From Octopus vulgaris (taxonomy: Eukaryota): 64,000 bases of DNA. The notes under the pieces were generated by a model that saw only the letters and a list, made by a program, of their open reading frames with translations, made no database searches and was not told where the DNA came from. This document shows positions 54,010-64,000 of the stretch, piece by piece. Where the stretch lies: assembly GCA_951406725.2 (NCBI GenBank), contig OX597824.1, positions 85,064,001 to 85,128,000 on the forward strand. Reading direction: 5' to 3'. Every line of letters begins with the position of its first letter. Position 1 is the stretch's first letter. Both the position numbers and the translations under genes were made by a program.

Positions 54010-54493
54010 TGTGCATGTTTTGTCTTGGTATAAAAGATGGGCTACAGCAAATATTCTGCTCAATACCATAGATTTGCTTGTCAGTTGTTTGACCATAACC
54101 AGTCGAGTATGTCCCTTAGAGGTTGACTATATGTGCATCTCTGATCACGAGCAGAAGTAGTGGGGGGGGGCATCATAGACGTGTGTTGAAAGGAATTCTT
54201 AGAGGTTTGAATAATTCACCTCTGGAAACGGGTGTTTCGTTCAACATCCTTAAATAACCTTTATTCAAGGATCTTTTGAGCGGGATGGACTACTCGACCT
54301 GAAGAAAATTCTAGCTGGGTCCCACCTGCTAGGTCATCGCTGTTTATCTTGATATGAGATCACCAAGTCGTGTATATATGGTTGTGATGCACATGCTCGG
54401 TGTACCCTTACCAGACGGGTAGTTATGCTGGGTATACAGGGCTTTGTATATTTTACCGCAGTATCACTTTGATGTCATGCACTGCTCTCTCAA
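54010..54493. mobile_element. Family D repeat, inverted relative to 15862-16398
   Basis: TGTTTTGTCTTGGTATAAAAGATGGGCTACAGC...CATGCACTGCTCTCTCA, with TAA-like flanks. Confidence 0.8.
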
Positions 54494-54691
54494 TAACAGT
54501 AATCATAACAATAATTGAAATGAGGCCATATCTTTATAGAGAAAGAGTATAGTCAATTAAATTGACACCGTATATTACTGATATTATTTTATTCACTCCC
54601 CAGAATGCCGAAAAAACTAAGTCGATTTCGTTGAAATACAAACAACGGTGATTTCTTATAATCGCAAAATACTGTCATCTACAGTATATGA

Positions 54692-54985
54692 GTGGAGGTG
54701 CAATAGCCCAGTGATTAGGGCAGCGGACTCGCGGTTTCGATTCCCAGACCGGGCGTTGTGTGTGTTTATTGAGCGAAACCACCTAAAAGCTCCACGAGGC
54801 TCCGACAGGGGGTCGTGGCGACCCCTCTTGTACTCTTTCGCCCCAATTTTCTCTCACTCTTTCTTCCTGTTTCTTGAGTAATGCTGCGATGGACTGGCGT
54901 CCCGTCCAGCTGGGGGGAACACATACGCCACAGAAACCAGGAAACCGGGCCCATGAGCCTGGCTAGGCTTGAAAAGGGCGAAAAA
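54692..54985 (+). mobile_element. SINE family C with V-domain-like tail
   Basis: Family C head followed by CTGCGATGGACTGGCGTCCCGTCCAG. Confidence 0.85.
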
Positions 54986-55326
54986 ACTCCCCCAAACCGC
55001 CAAAACAACAGTATATGAACTCATACCTTTGGAATCTCGCCGATGATTGATTTATTAATTAGGTACAAATCCAAATTTCACAAGAGTGGAAACTGAGGCC
55101 ATTGTAGTGTGGTGTACTTGTCCTTATTTTATGTCAAGCACGGGTGACCCTTTTCTAGCAGCTGGGCCTTGTCAGGCCATTATAAATATTGCTACATCCT
55201 TAAAATAATTTAACAGTCTACATACTAAATATAACACAAAGTAAATCGTAAAAAAATTGATTGAAAACGTAAAGGAATAAGAGAGGAGGAAAGCACGAGA
55301 GAATGAGCGAGAGAGAGAGAGAGAGA

Positions 55327-55392
<66 letters not shown>

Positions 55393-56141
55393 GAGAATTA
55401 ACAGAGTCGGGCTTAAAGACTATGTCACGAAATTTTAGTAAAAATGGTTATGTTTATATAATCATCACACTTAGCCTGCAAAATTTATAAAGGAGAGCAT
55501 GCGGCCGAATCACAGGTTAAAACAAAAATGATTTCAATTAGGAATCGAAACAAAACATAGTAAATAAGGTAAGTGTCTCCATATTATATAAAGAGCAGAG
55601 GGGAAAGAGATCTTGTTAGTATATCGCATCAAGGCAAAAAAAAAAAAATAAAATAATAAAAAAAGGAAGAAAAAACCTCAGGAAAATCAAACAAACAAAC
55701 CAACAAAAACACAAAACTAAACGAACAAACCAAAAAAACAACCACCGATTTTGAACATTATTATGGTTAGCCAGTATAGTAATCATGCAAGGAGGAGAGA
55801 TGAGACAAACTTCACACAAAATTGCTTGTAATTGTGGGGTAAGAAAATCACACCTCAAACACACAGTAAACAGAGAAGTATACAACCCAACGTTTATTAC
55901 AATCTTTTAAAATGCTAACGATGTAAGTTAATAGAGGAAGATTTTAGGCCGATGGTGCTCAACTGCTTTTTTTTAATCATTTTTTTTACTTATGGACCCC
56001 TTTCATTACTGTTTTATTCTGGTGGCCCACCCTCATATCCATCTGGTGTTTAATAAGTAGTTTTATTGATGCTTCTTTCAAAATTCTTGTTTTGCTTTCA
56101 CACATTCACTTGTGCAGGTTTGCAATGGCACTCTCTGAGAG

Positions 56142-56374
56142 GGTATCAGAACAAAATCCCTCCTTGAGGACAAAATCCCTCCAAGGACAAAATTCACCTG
56201 ATGACAAAGTCCCCCGATGATAAAATCGCCCCGGACAAATTTTACGCAAAAAAAATCAACTAATGAATATTAAAAAAATTTTTTATAAAATTTCCCTTTC
56301 CTAAAATATTTTTATTAAAGAAAGAACAAAGTCCTGTGGGATATTGACTGCCGGGGTATTTTGACCTAGTATCC
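56142..56374. mobile_element. MITE with tandem GGACAAAATCCC subterminal repeats, nested in an older hAT-like MITE (~55949-56598)
   Basis: Imperfect TIRs GGTATCAGAACAAAA / TTTTGACCTAGTATCC. TSD-like TCTGAGAG / ACTGAGAG. The host ends TTGAGAACCACT. Confidence 0.7.
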
Positions 56375-57400
56375 ACTGAGAGAACATGTTTCAGTGGTTG
56401 AAAACATGTTGAACTATGTAAAGAGTTAGAGAAAGAAACCTAACTGTTTCTTGCAATAAATACATCTAAAGCAGAATCTTTTTCATGGACCCTTAAAATA
56501 CTACCGAGAATCTCCAGTTTTCTATTTTGCTTGCATAGACACTCCCAAAATCTTATGTGGACCTCAGGGGTCGTATGGTCTCTGGTTTGAGAACCACTAT
56601 TTCAGGCCTTTGCGCTTGTGTTAGAAATAAGTTTAATCTATCTGCTAAGATTCCCTCAACAAGATTTTCAAGAAGCTTTTGACGTTGGAAAATCTAGACG
56701 TTTCAAGGGACAAAAATGTTGGACATCATGCCACTTCAATAAGGACGGTACACTGACGGACAAAGCATCAGTCTGAAGATAAATTCCGGATTCGGTGTAT
56801 CTGTGCCCAGACACCGGGTTTAATCTCCAGGAAGCAGCGGTAGGAGCAGCACCCCACTACTACCACCATCGACACTGCCATTCCTTATATCATTAGCAAA
56901 ACAGGCAACAACATCAACCATGACCACCACGGCAACAACACGCTTTAAACGGCGACACACGGACATAAGCACATAAACACGTTAGTATGAGCAGGACAAA
57001 AGTTAAAAAAGACAAAAGCAATCCATCAAGAGGCAAGTATTAGATTATAAGATTTAAAAAAAAAATTGAAAATATCTTATTTAATTAAATCCAGAATAGC
57101 ACCTTTCTAGGTAAAAACCTTTTACTACGTAGAATTTAGGGAGCCTAAAAGCCAGTAAGTCCTCCGGGATTTTTCCTACAAGCAGAGAAAATTACAGGGT
57201 GAGTTTAGACTTAATAAAACAATTAGCATGGTTTAGAATTCAGAAGTTTATTGAATGTAAATTATCGATCAAGCATATCGATCTGAGGAAGTACACGATA
57301 GACAGAAGTACAGAGCTTTGGCATTATTGAACACAGCCAAACAGACACAAATACACGAGATATGTATGCGCATGCGTATGTATTGTGCGTGCCTATATTC

Positions 57401-57436
<36 letters not shown>

Positions 57437-57567
57437 ATGTGTGTGTGCATATATCTATATGTATTTAGAAATTCCCCAAAAGTAAATATATTGCAATATG
57501 TATGAATATATATACTCACTCATATATTTTATAAACACACACATATATATACACACATATATATAAT

Positions 57568-57701
<134 letters not shown>

Positions 57702-58445
57702 CACACATATATATAATTATATATATATATATATAATTATATATATATTTATATAATTATATATAAATATCATATACTTGCATATATATGTAATGTTATT
57801 ACATGTGTATGTATATATTATATGTATCCATACACACACACAAACACACACATACATAAGTTGTGTGCAAAACTTAAGGCACAGACATTAAGCATGTTAC
57901 TGAATAACTAAATTTATGCAATTTATGCAATCGCCATTCGTAAGTAATATGTGGATTTTCTTTTCCAACCTGTTTCGGTTTATCATTTTGCAAACTGTAG
58001 AACGCGTAAGTCCTAAATATTTAAATTTGATCTGGATTTGCGTAGCCTATTCACTATCCACAGGGATTTATTTAAATATACCGTGATTATCTCTTGAAAA
58101 ATTTACTAGCCAAATGACGTGCAGATTTTTGTTCAGTTCTAGCGTATCAATGGCTGAATGAATGTAGAGTAATATTTAATGGGTCAAGATTTCTAAATAT
58201 CTTTTATTTTGTGCGTGACTAGAAAGTCTTCTTGGTCTCTGATATAGAGAAGATGCTTGCTATAAAATATACCATGAAAAGGAAAAAAAATGAAAGAAAA
58301 ACCAATAAATTTTCTTCATCAGAAACAAAACGGTTAAAAAACTTTTACACAAACACGCGCGTGCATATACAAATATATACACAGAATTAAATATTATATG
58401 TCCCTATAGATATATATGCATAGATACACGTACGTACGTAAGAGC

Positions 58446-58750
58446 GTATGTATGTATGTATGTATGTATGTATGTATGTATGTATGTATGTATGTATGCA
58501 TGTATGTATGTATGTATGCATGTATGTATGTATGTATGTATGCATGCATGCATGTATGTATGTATGTATGTATGTATGTATGTATGTATGTATGTATGTA
58601 TGTATGCATGCATGTATGTATGTATGTATGTATGTATGTATGTATGTATGTATGTATGCATGCATGTATGTATGTATGTATGTATGTATGTATGTATGTA
58701 TGTATGTATGCATGTATGTATGTATGTATGCATGCATGTATGTATGTATG
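58446..58750. repeat. (TATG)n/(CATG) array
   Basis: Direct reading. A similar array lies at ~59425-59730. Confidence 0.95.
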
Positions 58751-59276
58751 TGTGTATATACACACACACACACACACAGAGTATATACATCTTTTGTCTT
58801 TTATCTTTTACTTGAATAAGTCATTGGACTTGAAGCTTTTAGTTGAACAGATATACCACATTCCATAGTTTTTTAAGCTGCTTATTATGTCGGCCATCTT
58901 TTGCAGAACTGCAAAGTTATGGGGACGTAAACAAACAAACATCCGTTGAACACAAACACACGCTCGCTTCTGCGTTAAGCTCCTATTTTCCAAAAATGCA
59001 GTTCATGGAACGTCATCAATACATCTCGGGCCATAAGGAAGGAATAAGAGCCACATACGCTTGAAATGAACAGGAAATAGAACATAAAGAAAACAATGAT
59101 AGTTAAGATATTTTCTGTTTAATTATATGTATGTATGTCTGTCTGTCTATCCATCCCTCCACCCGTCCACCCATCCATTTATCTCTCTCTCTCTATCTTT
59201 CTTTCTCTCTCTCTCTCTATCTATATGTGTATATATATATGAATATACATATATGAATATATATATATATATATGG

Positions 59277-59393
<117 letters not shown>

Positions 59394-59433
59394 GGATACA
59401 AGGATACCGAATATATACATATGTACGTATGTA

Positions 59434-59496
<63 letters not shown>

Positions 59497-60741
59497 ATGT
59501 ATGTATGTATGTATGTATGTATGTACGTATGTATGTATGTATGTATGTATGTATGTATGTATGTGTGTGTGTATGTATGTATGTATGTATGTATGTATGT
59601 ATGTATGTATGTATGTATGTATGTATGTATGTATATATGCATGTATGTATGTATGTATGTGTGTGTGTATGTATGTATGTATGTATGTATGTATGTGTAT
59701 ATGTTTGTATGTATGTATATATGCATGTATGAATGCAGCAGATTCGGCGTATAAAAAACATTCTGTTTGCGCGATCGTTAATGTGTGTGTGCTAAAGAAG
59801 TGAAAGTTTGTTGTAGAACCCAAAGTAGTGAAAGCGTTCAGCACCCTGAACCCCTGAGCCACCCCCTTAGTTTGAACGAGGTGAAGATTACCATCCACAA
59901 GAATAAGTCACACGAGAATGGGATGACTTTTTTTTTTTAGCGAATCATCCTCGACGTTCTTCGTGGTAACAAGTTTGCTGCTTTGTCTGCCGAGACTATC
60001 AAATATTTACTCGACTCGCCGTGATATATTTCTCAGTAAACAATGCCATCTTGGGAGAAGTCATAGCTTCACCTTTCTGAAATGACGTAATAATGCTTGC
60101 GTTCGTTTGGAAGGCAAGTCATAAAACAGAGATAGAGTGAGAAAGGGAAAGAGAGATGAAGGAGAAAAAAGAAAGAGAGAGCGAAGAGAGCAAAGATGAA
60201 GCAGGATGAAAAGAAAAGAGAAGAGCAACTGAAAATATAAAAAGAAAAGGTAAGAAAGTGATAGAAGGAAATTTCAATATTTTCCTTCTTATATAAGAAG
60301 GAAAGGTAATGAAAGAATGAAAGTAAATAGCTAAGAAAAAGAAAGAGAGTGAGTAAGAGAACGTGAAATAAAGAATTAACGATTTTGTGGAAGATAAATA
60401 TGATAGGAAATGTTGTTTGGTTTTCAGCTTTCAAAAATTGTTATGGCGGCTTTTATGATTTATTAGGAGTAAACATCTTGTCAATTTACAATTCACAAGT
60501 AAGTAGACAGTAGGAAGCGACCGTGTAGGTTTAAAGTCACAATAATATTAATACTTTTTCTATTGATAGCAACACCGAATTTGTTCCTGTTATTGTCATG
60601 TTTGTAAAAAGGCGGTGAAGAAAGAATGAATTAACAGCAAAATATTGTTATTAGTTTCTCTTAGTATCAAAATATATCTCGACAACCATAGCATGTCGAA
60701 AAAACACATACACACATTCGTGTGTTTGTGAGTGAGATACG

Positions 60742-61262
<521 letters not shown>

Positions 61263-62228
61263 ATATATATATATGACGGATTCTCTCGTCGAATATGACA
61301 TATTCCAATGAACTGCACAAGATTTGTTTACAATGATCAAATGTTCATGCCACACATTAGTTCGCTCTCTTCATCAAATCAACGTTGTTAGAGCAGTCGT
61401 ACTGTGTGCCAGGTGTCAGGTGTCGAAGTGATCGCAGAGCAAGGTGAGATGAAGTGTTTTATTGAAGAACACAACGCACCACTCGGTCTAGGAACAGAAA
61501 TCACGGTCTAGCGATCATGAGTGCAACGCCCTAACCACTCAACCATGTGCCCTCACACACACACGTACACACGCACACATGTATGTATGTGTGCGTACGT
61601 GTGCGCGCGTCATGACAAACGGCTTTGGTTTCTTTACGTCCCGGTAACTTAGCTGTTCGGTCAAAGAAATCGATAGAATAATTACCAGATTTAAAACACA
61701 AGTACAAAAGTCAATTCTTTCGACTAAACGTTTCAAGGTGGTGCACCAGCATGGCCACAGTCCCCCGACTAACACAAATAAAAAGATAAAAGATAGTATC
61801 TGTTTGTTCCATCGTTTTCGTATGAGCGAACCGACTTTCCGTTGAATGAATTTTCTTTAGTCGGATGGTAATTCTACCACCAATTAATATATAGACAAGG
61901 TGAAACGATATACAAAGTAAATTTCATTAAAGGATTTAAGTATTATTCAGTATCTTAATGTGTTGCTTATACGATGATTATTGATAAATTCTATAGAATA
62001 ATTTCGTTTTTCCCCTTGTATTATTATAATTGTAATAATGGTTTCTTTTATTGGTCACAAATATCATTGTTATTGTGATAATATTGTTTTAATAATAATG
62101 TTTTTATAATAAATTGTACTACTATTATTATTCATTTTATTCTTATTCTTATTATTACCATTATTCTTGTTATGGCAATTTAATTTGTTTTTAAATGAAA
62201 GAGCAATTTTGTCTTTCAGCATAATAAC

Positions 62229-62269
<41 letters not shown>

Positions 62270-62613
62270 CACATATTTCATATACATAATCTAAATATAA
62301 CACGCGCGCACACACGCACACATACAAACACACATACACACACGCACATATATATATATATATATTAATATTTGAAAATGACAAAAGAACATGAATTACA
62401 TAATTAAATATATTACCTTACAGCTGTTTCAGGAGAGATGACAGAACAATACTAAGTAATGAGCATTGCTCTATTCACTCCACATTCTCACAGTCAGAAT
62501 GATGGTATTCATTTTGAAAAGCTTCTATACACCCCCACCCCTATACTCACATGCATACATACACATATTTTTGGGTGTTTGTCTGTATATAATATATATA
62601 TATATATGTGTAC

Positions 62614-62644
<31 letters not shown>

Positions 62645-62689
62645 ATATATATCTATCTCTCTCTCTATATATATATCTATATCTACCTA

Positions 62690-62749
<60 letters not shown>

Positions 62750-62820
62750 CATATGAATATCTATATATATATATCTATATCTACCTATCTACCTACCTTC
62801 CTACCTACCTACCTACCTAC

Positions 62821-62879
<59 letters not shown>

Positions 62880-62915
62880 CTATGTCTACCTACCTACCTA
62901 CCTACCTGTCTATCC

Positions 62916-63005
<90 letters not shown>

Positions 63006-63019
63006 ATATATATATATCT

Positions 63020-63050
<31 letters not shown>

Positions 63051-63459
63051 GTCTTTCTCTATTAAGCATATTCTAGTTCCGTGGAAATGACGTTAATAAA
63101 GCACTACTCATTACTTCGCATTGTCTTCTCATCCGAAATCGCTGTAAGCTAATATATTTAATTATGTAATTTAGATTCTTTTATAGTTTATTATTAGTTC
63201 TTTATTCTCTACTTCTATTGCTGTTTTCATGCGAGACCAGTTGATATCATAAATTGACATCACCTCATTGTGATACGTTGCTATCTCACAGTCGATGCTT
63301 GCGGACACCCGTGATTGTAAGTAGATTTAATTCTAAGGAACGAGTGTTTGTCATGCTGTGGCAAAGCAGAAATATGAGGTTTATAATAAATGATATATCA
63401 ACTGTTGTATTCACAGCTAATATATTATGTATATTCACAGTATATACGTATACTTATGA

Positions 63460-63502
<43 letters not shown>

Positions 63503-63539
63503 CATGTATTAAGTGATATATAACAACGAAAGTGTATGC

Positions 63540-63690
<151 letters not shown>

Positions 63691-63691
63691 T

Positions 63692-63958
63692 TATAAAGGA
63701 TTGAGGTAACTCCTCCAGAAGATATAGAGTCAAAATTAAAAGAAGAGTGCCATTGTTTTCTAGTGAACGATATTTCGACATCTTGTGTGTCTTCAACATG
63801 TCCAAAAAATAATTTCGTCAATCTACTTCATTTTCGTTATTTTATAAAGGATTAGAGGTAACTCTTCCAGAAGATATAGAGTCAAAATTAGATAACAATA
63901 GCACTCTTCTTTTAATTTTGATTCTATGTCTTCTGGAGGAGTTACCCCAATCCTTTAT
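63692..63958. repeat. Direct plus inverted triplication of a ~50-65 bp unit between (TTA)n tracts
   Basis: TATAAAGGATT(A)GAGGTAACTC.TCCAGAAGATATAGAGTCAAAATTA at ~63692 and ~63843. Its reverse complement is at ~63893-63958. Confidence 0.9.
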
Positions 63959-64000
63959 ATATTATTATATATTATTATTATTATTATTTTTATTAATAAT

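Noticed and set aside
55025-55075. ...IIGEIPK followed by GTATGA, as a candidate cyclase exon
   Set aside because: In-frame stop shortly upstream, no acceptor and no RG motif.

Overview
AT-rich, microsatellite-saturated animal genomic DNA, most likely octopus (coleoid cephalopod). That assignment rests on the repeat landscape and tRNA-derived SINE families recalled from memory, not on a database check. Almost all ORFs in the supplied track are translations of microsatellites or SINEs. The only host coding segment I can support is a minus-strand terminal exon (32782-33285) starting GKGRMKSYWL, the end of a class III nucleotide cyclase domain, probably a guanylyl cyclase. I could not find its upstream exons. 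The rest is transposon debris: a 5'-truncated Penelope-like (GIY-YIG) retroelement with an open frame and a hammerhead-like motif, four R4/Dong-like RLE LINE fragments beside (TAA)n, other LINE remnants, mariner and maT transposase pseudogenes, hAT/mariner/MULE-like MITEs, and dozens of SINEs. The most interesting unexplained structures are a series of microsatellite-anchored foldbacks, a variant-core hammerhead, SINEs re-inserted serially at one target, a SINE head with interchangeable tails, and an A-B-A'...B' rearrangement with junction microhomology. I see no convincing novel multi-gene system.
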